A stretch of 58,519 nucleotides of DNA, the filler included, from Sphacelaria rigidula (Eukaryota), in the NCBI GenBank assembly GCA_964200075.2. It is 7 parts of 7 records of this genome, joined end to end, with 100 filler letters (N's around TTAATTAATTAA, not from the genome) between each part and the next. Parts side by side here need not be neighbours in the genome. Positions count along the whole stretch, not along the records: positions 16,751 to 25,024 come from CAXNAA020011696.1; positions 25,125 to 33,398 come from CAXNAA020011697.1; positions 33,499 to 41,772 come from CAXNAA020011698.1; 4 more parts are not named here. The stretch is one strand, 5' to 3'. Numbering within the stretch: position 1 is the stretch's first letter; every line of letters begins with the position of its first letter. The notes beneath the pieces are model-generated. The model saw nothing but the letters and a program-made list of their open reading frames with translations. It ran no database searches and was not told the origin of the DNA. The translations under genes were made by a program, and so were the position numbers. This document shows, one piece after another, positions 23,900 through 36,200 of this stretch.

Positions 23900-25545
23900 G
23901 GACTGGGGAGTGGTCGTTATGGGGCCAATCCCCTGTCAAAGTCGATTGTGAAAAAGGGGAATCCCCTGCGTTGAGAAGGGCCCGAACAGCTCTGGCACTC
24001 TCTCTCCTTCACGCCGGCGGCTCAGATGCCGCCAAAGACGGCGAGTCCCATCGCTCTCCTGCATCTGTCTCTTCTGTCCCTTTTCCACTCCGAGAAAGGA
24101 TAGGAAAATTGGAAGCGCGATGCGAAGCAGAGCGATGTATTCAATACGATCCTGTTTCGGTCATTTTTATACTGATCTCAGCTCGTATTGAGAATCTTGC
24201 GCCATTTGATGCATCTCTGTGTAGGCAAGATGATTTCGTGAGCTTTCCTATGTCTTTTGAGTAGCTCTCGTCTCCGGCGGCATTCGAAAATTGATGTTGC
24301 GCTTCCAGATTCCAGAAGAAATGACGAATGTGCTGTGGACCCTGGATCAAATTAACCACGATTCTGTTGGACTAGTTATCATGGCAGTCGCAAATCTCGA
24401 TCTGTATGAGATCGGGAGAACTCAAACCCGGAAACGCCTATTATGGCCCCCAATCTGGCCGACATCGAGGAAGCTCAAATCGGGATGTCACGATTTGAAA
24501 ACGGTCACCCCCCAATCTGAAGGAACGTGGCATACGTACGGTGACGTCCGGTGATGAGGCAACAGGCGTTTGATATTTTCGCATCCGCAGCAGCAGACAG
24601 TCTCGTGACAGCACAGGCGTGCGTACCCGAGCCCGCTGCTAGAGCAGCTTCGCACGGAGTTTGACAATTGAATAAGACGTGTTGAAGCCGTACCCTGCGG
24701 CGATGGTAGTGTATCATGTTGCACTGCGCTGCTGTGTTCATCACCACAACGAACGGTCCTGTACTATCGTCCTCTCTGTTATCGCTGTACGTGCAGGGTG
24801 ATTTTTGGCACTGCACCTCTGAACTCTTCTCGCACACTGTTCACTGTCCCCGCAATACCGACTGTACCATCATGTATCACCACACGGCATTATCGTGTAC
24901 TGTGATGGTAAAGTGTACTGCACCGTATTATACCCTAGGGTGCCACGGTACGACGCGGTTCTTGACGGATGATTTATGAGCTGGACCAGCCTTCAAACGG
25001 TTTAAGCTCTAAAAGCAATATCTCNNNNNNNNNNNNNNNNNNNNNNNNNNNNNNNNNNNNNNNNNNNNTTAATTAATTAANNNNNNNNNNNNNNNNNNNN
25101 NNNNNNNNNNNNNNNNNNNNNNNNTCACAGGCTAGCAGAAGAAACCAAAATAAAATAAAATAGATCCAGAGTGAAAAACTCACAAATAACGAGTGAAAAT
25201 AACAAGATGGCTACTTACGGTTGTTTATTTCACGAGATTCTTGGGAAAAAAATACGAGACGGGGGACATTTCATGAGATGGGCGCTCCTGGCTTGTTATT
25301 TTTGAAAAAATGAGACGAGGTCGACTTGTATTTTCCTCTCGTTATTTCACTTGCGGCGGGGCGAGATTAGCAACGCCCGCCAGCCCCGAAAATGTTTGTG
25401 TCCTTCGACATCTGCGCTGATAGCAACGTCGAACATCCCCAGCGCCGTGTACACACTAGACCAAACTTTGCTTCACCATCCCGGCGCACGCGAGATGTCG
25501 TAAGGGGCTGATGATCTATTGGCATCGATCGTTCTCTCGAAAACC

Positions 25546-26094
25546 TGTAGCACAGACAGTACCCAGCCCAGAGGTTACAGGATACTGATGTCTGTGCTGT
25601 CTCATGCAGTGAGTTGTAGGTGTCAGCTTGCACACAACAGTAGTACGCACGGCTGTAGGAAAAATGAGGCGTGCAGCGTGAGATATGTGGACAACGTGCA
25701 ATACAGACAATAGCAGGCAGCACTGTATTGTCTGTACTGCCGATTGAACAGTAGGATCCACATACCATGCTGCACCCGACGACTGCCGACAATTATTTGG
25801 GCGACGTGCAGTGCAGACACCACGTGGGTTGTACTGCCGCATCCATCAGTGCAGTAGGATGAAAATGTTAGTTTGCCAGTAGTACAACGGCTGTACTAAT
25901 GATGATGTGGGCAACGTGCAGTACAGACAGAACTAAGCAGTATAATACTGCCTGTTCTGCCTGCCGCATACGGCAGTATACATGCGCACATGTCAGGTTG
26001 GAGACGGTAATATACAACGGCTGTACTAGAATTGATGTGGAGGAGTGCAGTACAGACAGTACTAGACAGTACAGTACTTTAGTCTGTACTGCTG
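25546..26094. repeat. Degenerate array of five palindromic units
   Basis: TGCAGTACAGAC-N(about 10-35)-GTCTGTACTGC-like units starting near 25546, 25697, 25807, 25917 and 26046. Confidence 0.65.
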
Positions 26095-26791
26095 CGTACG
26101 TGATATAGCGATATTGATTGAAGATGGCAGGTTGCACACAGTGCGAGCTGGGCCAGCAGCGATCGGGGGAGGTCTACGCTTCAGATCTTTTTACATAAAC
26201 ACAAGAAGCTTGGCATGGCAAAGTCTTTAGGTCTTTGTACCTCGCCTTGGCCTGCACATCCCTTCGGTTCCCGCTGACCATTTTCTTTTGGTATCCCCCC
26301 ACCCTTTTGGTATCCACCCCCCTCAAAAATATATCTGCAACCGTAAGCTAGGGTCAACATCTCTCGTAGTATTTTCCCAGCGGTATTTTTTCTCATAATA
26401 TGTTGCGAAATACGAGGGAAAATAACCAACCGGAAGAAACGGCCAAAAAGGATGAATTCGTACCGTACGAATCAATCACACTAGATCAAGTAATTTCCGG
26501 ACGAATCATTCATTCGTCCGACCCTTGGAAGATGTAGCAGAAAACCAGCTACGGAGAGGCGCCGCGATTTTCTTTTGAGCTGCAATAGGGACGTTGACGC
26601 ATCCTTGACTCCATACGCTCTCATTTTCACCGTTCATCATGTCCTTCCAGAAAGTGTAAGGAGCTTAAGTGGGACAGAACTTGTTGCCCCCATTGTCACG
26701 CTCCCCATGTGTGCTTTCGTCGTGGTTGAAAAAGGAAAAATCATCAATGATATAGCATTACCTGCAGGTTCTCGGAAACCAAATAACCCCC

Positions 26792-26836
<45 letters not shown>

Positions 26837-26856
26837 TCTTGTATTCGTGGCTATAG

Positions 26857-26954
26857 GAGGCATTTATGCGTGGGACGGAGAGGTATGCGGCCGAGACTCA
26901 GCTGTCTCGGAGAGTCGGGGCGTGGCAGAACAAGCTGGAGCCGCTCATGCGCAG
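26857..26954 (+). CDS. NCAPH2: Condensin II kleisin CAP-H2, C-terminal domain exon
   Basis: (CT)n tract plus TATAG|GAG acceptor; EAFMRGTERYAAETQLSRRVGAWQNKLEPLMR; phase-2 GC donor AG|GCAAGG. Confidence 0.85.
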
Positions 26955-27422
26955 GCAAGGTTTCAAGTATTTATGAACAAAACAAGTCCTGTTGAAATGT
27001 CGAGCGAAGACAGACTCCTAGAGTAACATAAAAATGTTGTCAATCCGGTTCCGTGGGGGTGTATAGATTGAATTCCAGTCCGATAATGACCTGCATGTCT
27101 AGAGCTCGGATTGTTTTTTGGGGGAGGAGGAGGTGGGCGGGTGGGTGGTATGATTCGGAGAAAGATCATCCACGATGCGATATTTTGAAGTATCGTATTT
27201 TTTCCATGATGGTGTTCCAATACGCGAGGCCTCCCTCCCATCCAGCAATGTTGCCATGTCATGCGATCGTGCGCAAGACCCTGCACGCCAAAGCCATCTG
27301 GCAGAGAGACCGACCATTTCTTTCTCTTCATTCTTTTGTTTCCTCTTCATTCAGTTTTTTCTTTCTTCGTACGTTGTTCTGTTGTACCTTTCTGTTTCTT
27401 CTTTTTTTCTCCAGCGAGTGTT

Positions 27423-27500
27423 TCAGTTTTTATGTTGTCTCGGGTACGTCAGTTTTTATTTAGTCTCGGGTACGTCAGTTTTTATTTAGTCTCGGGTACG
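27423..27500. repeat. Tandem repeat, 3 x 26 bp
   Basis: TCAGTTTTTATTTAGTCTCGGGTACG units running into the family C element. Confidence 0.9.
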
Positions 27501-27580
27501 TCTATCATGTGACCACGGCTGGATCATGACCCCTGGGGGGTCAGTTGAAGTGCGACAATCATTCAATCAATCAAAATCAA
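27493..27580 (+). mobile_element. Family C retroposon 3' end in a CAP-H2 intron
   Basis: GGGTACGTCTATCATGTGACCACGGCTGGATCATGACCCCTGGGGGGTCAGTTGAAGTGCGACAATCATTCAATCAATCAA. Confidence 0.7.
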
Positions 27581-27644
27581 CATCGTGTCCAGAACGAGCC
27601 TTTTCGTCTCATGGGAAAAACCAAACGGAACGCGCGAATACTAA

Positions 27645-28155
27645 GGCCGCTCCTTTCAGCAGATGAAAAAAAAAAAAATCGAGGAAATGCCTATTTGAAG
27701 CTTTGACGTCGTTTTATGCCCTGTCAGAGAGCTAGGCGGATGTTGACGCCTTGGAATGCCTTGCTGTACTCGTTGGGACGGTTCCAGCACACAAATGCGT
27801 TTTCCCGGCGGCCGCAGTTTTTTCTTGTCCAAACGTGCGTTTTTCTCGGAGATGACTCATTTTTGTCGGAGACCGATCAAGTCCAGAAAAAATTGGCGAA
27901 TTTCTTGTGAGCTTGACTGGTCTCCCAGAAAAATGAGCGGTCCCCGAAAAATATTTAAGGATGGGCAGGAAGCGAACTATGGCCATCAGAAAAACGCACC
28001 AGTGTGCTAGAACTAGAACCGTCTCAACGAGTACCGCAAGGCATTCCAAGGTGTCCAAATCTGCCTAGCTCTCTTTAAAGGTGTGAAACGACGTGGAAAC
28101 TCCAAAAAGGCACGATTCCAGTTTATTTTTATTTCGTCTGCTTTAAGGAGCGGCC
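27645..28155. mobile_element. 511-bp fully palindromic MITE, Tourist/PIF-Harbinger-like, intronic in CAP-H2
   Basis: GGCCGCTCCTT...AAGGAGCGGCC termini; arms complementary almost to the centre near 27897; flanks TAA/CAA. Confidence 0.8.
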
Positions 28156-28466
28156 CAACATGCCACGATAGAAGCAAGCACCTACGTATGACATTCAAAT
28201 TACAACAAGCTTTTTTGGAAAAGCAAACGGGAATACGCCACGCCTTGCAGCAAACGTGTGGCGGCTGGTCTCTGTGAGGTTCTTACACATGTACAATGAA
28301 TGCTACATCATTCGTTGTACGGCTCTGCCTCCTTCACAGTAGGCAAACGTGCTCTGCATACCGCCCGTCCCGTGGGCTTGTGTAACCTTTGTCACTTGCC
28401 GTGCGCGATTCTTTTTTTGCCTGACCGCGAACTCGAAAAAACTCATGCCGATGATGATGCATGCAG

Positions 28467-28593
28467 TCAGGAGAAGAGACAAGCGTTCGATATTCACGTT
28501 TACGGGCAGTCGGTGCTGAGTAGGGTCGCAAAGGCGCTGACGCCGACCCAGCGAGCGAAGGTCCAAAAGGCCAAGAAGCAAGGGCCCAACAAG
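28467..28593 (+). CDS. NCAPH2: CAP-H2 exon
   Basis: TGCAG|T acceptor; (S)QEKRQAFDIHVYGQSVLSRV contains the CAP-H2 FDIHxYG motif; AAG|GTGGGG donor. Confidence 0.88.
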
Positions 28594-29506
28594 GTGGGGT
28601 TTGTCGTCATCCATTGATAATGAGTTGGTCGGCGAGTCGTGTTGAGTTTAGCAAAACAGTTTTTTCGGCGGCTTTGGTTTAAATCTCGCCACAGAGTGGG
28701 GTGTTTCCATTTTCTGTTGTATTTGGTGAATGAGATTCATCCACCGGTCCGGTAGTATCTGATTTAGTGTCTTTGCGGATCCATCCTAGTGGTGATCCCG
28801 CCGACGTGGCGGTGTAGATTACCGGTCGCTCGAGCAGACGTTTGTTTGTAATGTTGCCTTGCTTTTTTTCGCCAGAGATGAAGGAGTTAAAAGAGATAAT
28901 AGTGGCATACCGGGAGTGACAGATTGGAGGGATTGATGAAGAATGAAGGATGGAAGATGGAAGATGAAAGATGAAGCCATTTGTGTTGCTTCGAGCACTT
29001 CATTGCGGTGTCCGGACGGTCGGCATTCGGTCGGGCGCAACGAGCAAGGAATACGTCTAGCTTTCATTTCTCCGTATTTTGATGGTATATTTGGATATTT
29101 CGAAGAAAAAGCGGACAGATATATGTACAGTAATACCTGCTTGTTGTTCAAGAATCAAAGTAAAATGCCATGCAACTAAAGTTTCCCCCCAAATAGTAGG
29201 TTTCTCGGCCATCCTAGACATTTTGTCTGCCCATATGTGTCACCCGGGAGAAAGAGATGAATAGTCGTAACTATATCTTGGAACGGCAGGACATGTACAA
29301 GCCATAGATGTGATATGTATGTGATATCCATGTGATCCATGGTACCAGTATGTGGTATCTATGTATTCGGCGTTTGCTAGCTATGCCGCAAGTATCGCCC
29401 ATACGCTTCTACAGCGTATGATTACCCCAGGCTTCCAGCCTCGACGAGTTGTACCCGCAGCCAATCGTTGTGCGTACTGTATATGGGCCCATGTGGAATA
29501 TGGCAG

Positions 29507-29626
29507 GTCGTGAAGGAGGCGGCGAAGGCGAGCACGGAGGAAATTCCTCCGGTGGACTTCGGCGTGGTCGTGAGTGGGAAGCAGCAGTTCGAAGTGTGCC
29601 GCCTCTTCTTGGCCTCGCTTCAGCTC
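29507..29626 (+). CDS. NCAPH2: CAP-H2 exon
   Basis: GGCAG|GTC acceptor; VDFGVVVSGKQQFEVCRLFLASLQL hallmark motif; CTC|GTGAGT donor. Confidence 0.92.
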
Positions 29627-30559
29627 GTGAGTTCATCATTTTTGCTCAGTTTCTCTTGTTGCGTTCGGCCACTTTGCTGTACCTCTGCTTTGCTCGCACC
29701 CGCTGGTGGTTGTTACCGGAGGGGGCGGGGGCGGGGGCGGGGGCGGGGGGAGAGGGTACGCATTTATTGCTTGCGTTGAGTCATTTGACCGTTGACCACG
29801 CACCCGTTTCGAGACGAACTGGTTGTTACCGTGGGGAGAGTGAACGGTGGTGTACATCGTAGCTAACACCTGTAGCGCCCGAGCATGGCCGTTCCATGAT
29901 GAGGAGTCCACGGCCCTGATGTTTCGAAGGTGGCCTACAGGCGGAGGCGTAAATAGGCGCCGGTTGGACCCCATTGCGCGCTCGGAGAGGTTATCGGTTA
30001 TCAAGAACGTGGTCGTGATTGCCAATGGTTGTTGCTCTCAATGTCAAGTGGCGTTCGTTATGCCAATACTCTACGGTCTTTTTGAGACGGCGCTCGCCTC
30101 CCACCCGAGGTTACACAACGGCGCGCCCGCGCGCTGCAGCTCGTAAAATATCAATATATGCCTGACTTTGGGTGCTGCTGGTGCGATCAACACCCTTGGT
30201 GTCCCCGCGTGGCGGCTGAGAGTGAAGGAAGGCAGGGGCGTGGTGTGGCTTTTTCGGCCAGAAAGATTTGTTTATTCCCAGGCGCTGCTCTTGCACCAAA
30301 AGAATTATTCTGAACACCCAAAAAGACCGCCCGACTGACGTGAAACCGACCACTTGGGGGCGAAGGGCTTAAACCTGAGATAGCGAGAGTAGGCCATCTT
30401 TTGGATCGGCGTCAATTTCACATGAGAAAAGTGTGCATGATCGTGATGGACTACCCTCGCGGTCCAGGGGTTAAGCCTACGGTCATTCGTGCTTTCGGGG
30501 TGAGCGTGAGGGAGCGTGGGAGGGGAGGGGGAGAATATACGACGGAAGAGTTCATTGAA

Positions 30560-30886
30560 GGGCAATATACAAAAAATAGTATACCATGGTGTTTTTGGAA
30601 CAAAAAAGGGTCACGCCTTTGTCGGTTTAGGGCGCGGCGCTGCACGCGGGCTCACCACCTCGATAACACGTTCCAGCGCCTCAGCCCCACGCCCGAGGTG
30701 TCAGTGAACATGACGGAAAGAAGATGGTCGGGCGTGCTGCTCAGACACCTTGGGCGTGAGGCTGAGGCGCTGAAACGCGTTTTCGAGGTGGTCAGCCCGC
30801 GTGCAGCGCCGCGCACTGAACTGAGAAACGCGTTTGCCTTTTTTGTTCCAAAAGCACCAGGGAATACCCTTTTTTGTATATTGCCC
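30560..30886. mobile_element. 327-bp palindromic MITE, intronic in CAP-H2
   Basis: GGGCAATATACAAAAAA...TTTTTTGTATATTGCCC termini; long GC-rich complementary arms; flanks TGAA/TTAA. Confidence 0.82.
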
Positions 30887-31380
30887 TTAATTAAACATGC
30901 GAAGCGCGAAGCAGCACCGTCGTCCCGCGTGTCCAGCTGACCTGATTGCTCATGCTGTGGGGATTGAGAAGCGCGGGAGGGACAGTGGACAGGGAGCTAG
31001 CTGTATCGATTGCGAACCGCACTGGGCGAAACTCCAGGGAAACGCCAACGTTCCATTCCCAACAGTGTTGCAGTCTCTCACCTACCCAACTTGCAACCCA
31101 TTTTATGTGTGCGTGGTGGGTAGGTCATGAGGCTCTTGGATGTTTCGTGCCCTCTGGATATTTTCATTGCATTCCACAAGCGTTCGTTTCCAAGGATGTT
31201 CGCCTTCGGTGCACGCCACACTGCAGTACACCATCCACTACTTTTCCAAGTTTGGCATTGAGGATACTCGAAAGACAGTGCCGATGTCAACTCTCGAAAT
31301 TCATTGGATCTCGACCTTTCCCGTCGCTGCTGCGCCGTTTTGCCCCTGCCGCGGGTGATCCGGTTACGATGGCAAACTAG

Positions 31381-31548
31381 GCGAACAACGGAAATGTCCG
31401 ACTCTCGCATGGTCAGTACGCCGCAGAACAAGACTCAACCCCCCTTCGGTTGGAGCTATTGAGCTTGCAAGATGCAGACAACATGACCGGGACCTTCGCG
31501 CCTTCAGCCGCAGCGGGTCTTGGCACCGGACTTGAGAACGATACGTAG
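31381..31548 (+). CDS. NCAPH2: CAP-H2 terminal exon with stop codon
   Basis: CTAG|GCG phase-0 acceptor; ANNGNVRLSHG..PLRLELLS..ENDT* continues LASLQL-ANxGNV; absent from the ORF track. Confidence 0.88.
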   Translation, partial: ANNGNVRLSHGQYAAEQDSTPLRLELLSLQDADNMTGTFAPSAAAGLGTGLENDT

Positions 31549-32260
31549 GTTACCTGAGAACAATTCGTAGGTTAACTGGGTATGATGGCGCGCGCGCGCG
31601 TTTCATGGACCCTTGAGGATGTATGCTGCGGTTGTGTGTGCACGTATGTATGGACAGTGGTAAAGTGTTTGTTGAGACTGGATCGTTGGGCGACTGCAGC
31701 CTGTCGACATGAAATTCGAGCAAGCGGTACCTACGACATGTCGAGGCAGGCAGCGGAATCCAAACTTTCGGCCACCTCAATTCTCGGGGCCACACGGGCG
31801 AGTTTGCGTGCCGCAAGGGTAAGCCGTTGTTACCTTGAATCCTGAGCAATTCGCCGACGACGTTTACTGCTCTTGGGGTTAGGGTTGGAGCGTCGCGTGC
31901 AGTCGTGTCGTTTATATCGTCATGTCAATAGGATTTTTGAAAAATATTTACGGAAACAAGATGGCGTATTCCGAGAAAATAAGGCGCACGTGTAAAGGTG
32001 TACAGAGTTCGTGTCCCGGCAACCTGTGAAGATTCGAGCTGGGCAGAGGGAGGAACCTGCTGCGTGAGGATGCTGGGCTCGGCGCTGTTGTTAATGCACT
32101 GCTGACACACAGGAGAGGCACCTTGTAGGGTTACAGTTAGGATTCAGCACTTTCATGGTGTCAACAATGGAGTGTGTAATGGCACAATCCCTCGCGTGAA
32201 CCGCTCTTGGCGTCGAGAAGGTGGCGTACTCATGATGTTGCATGCCAGAGTCATGAGACC

Positions 32261-32412
32261 GTTGACCTCGCATCCACACAAAGCCGGGACGGAGCACGCC
32301 GGGTTTTCGCCGGACCAGGCTCGCACTCAATCACCGAGCGCGAAGCGCCGTGGTGTGCTCGGCGAGTCGCATGAAGGGCTGCATCCTGCTGAGGTTGTTC
32401 GGCCCGAAGCGT
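32261..32412 (+). repeat. Dispersed repeat family E, copy 3
   Basis: Same sequence; internal CCGAGC...GCTCGG stem enclosing GCGAAGCGC. Confidence 0.8.
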
Positions 32413-33180
32413 ATTGACTGTTTTGCATTCGGATGACAGCCTCCAATGAGTTGCTTTATTGTCTGGTATCGCCACTTCCGGAAATAGCCACGGCTCATGC
32501 ATACACTGCCTCATGGGTGTCTCACCATTTGAACACTACGCAGTATGATCATCTCCTTTGCGCGGAGTTGAGGTTCTCCCGCCCCGCACAAGATGTGTAG
32601 CTCGACCAGCACCACGTCGTGACGTCATCATGGCAACCGAAAAACAAATGCAAGTGCGCAAAAGAAATCAGTAACCTCGTTGCCTACAGTAGCTTAACAA
32701 GTGAACGGTGTGTTTTACAGTGCCATTGCCAACCGACGCCAACCCCATAGGGGGTCCGTCCCTACAACGCGGGAATGGGGCACACCAGACGTCGAGAGGG
32801 GATTGATCTGTGAATATCTTATACTATACTTCGATGTTATTGAATCTACGTCCGTGTGAGGGCAACGATACTCTATCTCAACTCCACCGTTGTAAAATAT
32901 CGGATTCAACGTTTTGTTCCCTTCCGAAGACGAGAATAGTGCTCGGAAAATAAAGCGCATCGACGGCAAAGCCTTGTTATGGCCCGCCTCTCCTTTTTCA
33001 CGTCATACCACCGTAACTAGCATGCATGGCCGGTACGCAAGTGGGCTGGGGAATATGTGGCTTTTCGTCAAAAGAAGGTCCGTTGAGATCATTTCATGAC
33101 TGATGTGGGAACCACCACATAAAATGAACAAATTCCCACCAGTGTCTGTCAAGGAATCACCTCCTGACATTCGCGACACC

Positions 33181-33241
33181 AGTGATATAGCTCGTACGCT
33201 TCACGAGCAGAAGGTCCCGGGTTCAAATACCGGATCCCACC
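33181..33241 (+). pseudogene. Degenerate tRNA-like sequence or SINE head
   Basis: TAGCTC A-box remnant and AAGGTCCCGGGTTCAAATACCGG T-arm/B-box; the D-arm is deleted, so it is not a functional tRNA. Confidence 0.45.
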
Positions 33242-36200
33242 AAGACGGTGGGAGCCAACAAGATGGTGGAAGCCCTCTGAAGCAGAGTTCAAATACTCAC
33301 GGAAAAGTCTCTTGCGGCGATTGTTAGTTGAACAACAAATTGTGCGAATCGAGGTTTAACTTCGAGATGAGGCTCAAGCCCAAAACAGTGCTGTCCCCNN
33401 NNNNNNNNNNNNNNNNNNNNNNNNNNNNNNNNNNNNNNNNNNTTAATTAATTAANNNNNNNNNNNNNNNNNNNNNNNNNNNNNNNNNNNNNNNNNNNNGG
33501 TGATCTATTTTGTTGTACTACAATCTATCGACGCCAGCAACTTCGAGTTCTATCTAAGAGTAGTACGCGAGGAAAGCCCCAAAACACCCCTAAATAGTTA
33601 AACCGCCCACTACTGTAGGTCAGAGACTCCTGACGCTCGGCAAGGACGGGAAAAGAAGGAGAGAATGCCATGAGACAAACGAGCTGTGAGAACATGCTTT
33701 TGACGCACCAACTCAAGGTCGTACAGAAACACGCCGGAATGATGTTCGACACATGTCGTCCTCGGACGACAAAAAACACGACATGCCGGGGCGTGTACGC
33801 ATTGCATACCCCGGGGCACTTACCACCTTCGAGTCACGCTGCCGTTAACGTTAACCATGCTCCATTTGCCGAACGTCGGACCGATGAATCGGTGATGCCG
33901 TGCCGCGCTCGAGCGTATACTGGTTTAGCGGCGGCTGCCTGTCATAGCGTTGACTTCTTGCGGCAGGTGTAACGCGCACTGAAGTTGATACTCTATCAAG
34001 AATTGAAACGGTCGGGTGCATGGGTAGGGGGGTCGAGCACGCAGCGAATGAACATTCCGAGCAATTCACACAAATGCAGAGTCAGGGCAGTTACACCTTA
34101 CAACACGCCAGGAGCAACGCACAGCTTGCCTGCGAGCTTCCTCACCCATTCATCCATGCACGCCCCGCGCCCCCCCTTTCTCCTAGAGCCCGTCAGACAA
34201 CTATATAAATATATCATTCACATCACGAAGTTTTGCTTCACCTGAAATATCAACGCCCACATAGATCTATCCGCATTGCCGCTGCGAAACTGCTGCAACT
34301 CTTCACTTCTGACACCATGCCCAGCTGCTAGCGGCAGACGGTGAGCTTCATGCCTCGTCCTGATCGCCGGCCGAAACCGCGATCATAGCAGTCCGCACCT
34401 CTCGCACGGAATTCCTTGGCGACACCATGATACAGGAGGTGGGGAGGGGTTAGAGAACCAATAACAAAAACCTCTACTTCGACAAGGGGTTAGATAAGCC
34501 ACGGAAACGTGAGATTTAGTGAGGCACACTGCTACAACAGTGGAGTCTTCTGTACCTTGACTTCCATCACTCGACAACCATGTGCCGCTCTTTTGCCAGA
34601 GTCGGGGTAGTATTGCCGACACACGTGCTACAACATCAGGAGCTCTACTTGTTTCTTCTAGCCACCGACACTCGCCTCCCTCCTGGGCAAGACACATTCC
34701 GACGCAGACTCAAGCACAGGAGAAGGGTTTCCCGAGCGTACCACAGGGTAAGACACACGATCAGGCGGTGTTGCTCCATTCTAACCGTTTCGCCGTCCCC
34801 AACGAATCTGCTAGAGGCAAATGCTGTTCTGCACAACACTCTGAAACATGCTACCTGTACTCCCGACGGGGAATGGCGGAGAACCACGACTAATTTGTCG
34901 TGGACATCCATGCATGTGAAGAAGACGAACCCGTGAATGACCATGCAGGTGGGCACCAAACAGCCAACTCTCTGTCGAAACCGGACACCAGCAGCAAGAA
35001 TCTACAGAACATGACGTACTACTGCAGACGCTCACCTGCACTGAGATCATCTTCACAGGGAGAATGCCTCTGCTCACTACTCCTGCCCCAACTCTTGATG
35101 GCCTTCTACGCCACGCTACCGTCTTCTTTTTCACTCCGGCTTTTTACGGCCTTAGTCGGGCGACAACGTAGTAACCCCATTCTCTACGCTTCCACAGCAC
35201 TCCGCGTTTAGTCACCTCCCTACCTCCTTGTCTCTAGAACCGTCGCGGTACCATTCCCACTCGGCCTCCATGTCCCCCCGCCCGCTCGTCGTGGTATGAG
35301 CAAACGACACTCACTCCACTCCAGCATGGCAGAACACTCCCAATACAATAATGGCACGCGCCTTGTTGTTACACTTGTGTTGGTGTACTGGTTGTATGGC
35401 TGGTCGGCAGAAAAAAACGGCACGGTCATGCCCAGCATCGTCAAATTACTGCATCATTTGTTGTGGCCGCTGTTGCACGAGGCAGCCTCACCCTGCGCAC
35501 TGAACCACCGCAGCGCAGCACCCGGTCGAAGCCACAAGCCAAGCGCGACAAGAAACAACACGAACAAGCGTCCACCGCAAAGCCTCCTCCCCCGCCCCCT
35601 TCTTTGTTGAATTCGGTGTTTTTAAAAGCTGTTTCGGCTTGATGTGTATGGATCCCAACCATGTCCAGTGTCAACGTGACCCTCACACCGCCGGTATCGC
35701 CATCTCAACAGACCACGTGCCAAACCCTTCACGTTATCACGTTGTGAATCCTCGCAAGCTGGAGCATCAGCTTCTCTGGAGACAACACAACAAGACGAAC
35801 CTCCGTTCACCCTCCCTTCTGCCCCCAAGAACAAGCTACAGCGCCAGTACAATCCCTCGTTTCACCATGTTTCTCCTACCTTATTGACAGTCCAGTGGCT
35901 TTGTAGACCTGAAGTATACGGTGTCGGGATACAGTATCGCCAATAGTGATCGCACGCCGCTGGGCATCGACACAGGATTCCACTCAAGCTCTCGGTTCCG
36001 CTGGCGTCCGCCGTCTTCGACCCTAGAACTGTTCACTCACGCTTACTTTAGCATCAGCATCGCATGAGAGATGCTTCCGCATGTTCGCTTACCGTGCTCG
36101 TACCCTCGCTGCATCCATGGATTGTCGTCGTCGTAGCACGGACAAGGCTAGAGGCTATACATGCGCAAAACGCGTATCCCCCGTGAACCTTCCCACTTGA

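Noticed and set aside
25546-26094. CRISPR array
   Set aside because: Repeats are degenerate, spacing is irregular, spacers are related, the context is eukaryotic and there are no cas genes
31876-31888. Telomeric TTAGGG repeat
   Set aside because: Only one or two units; expected by chance
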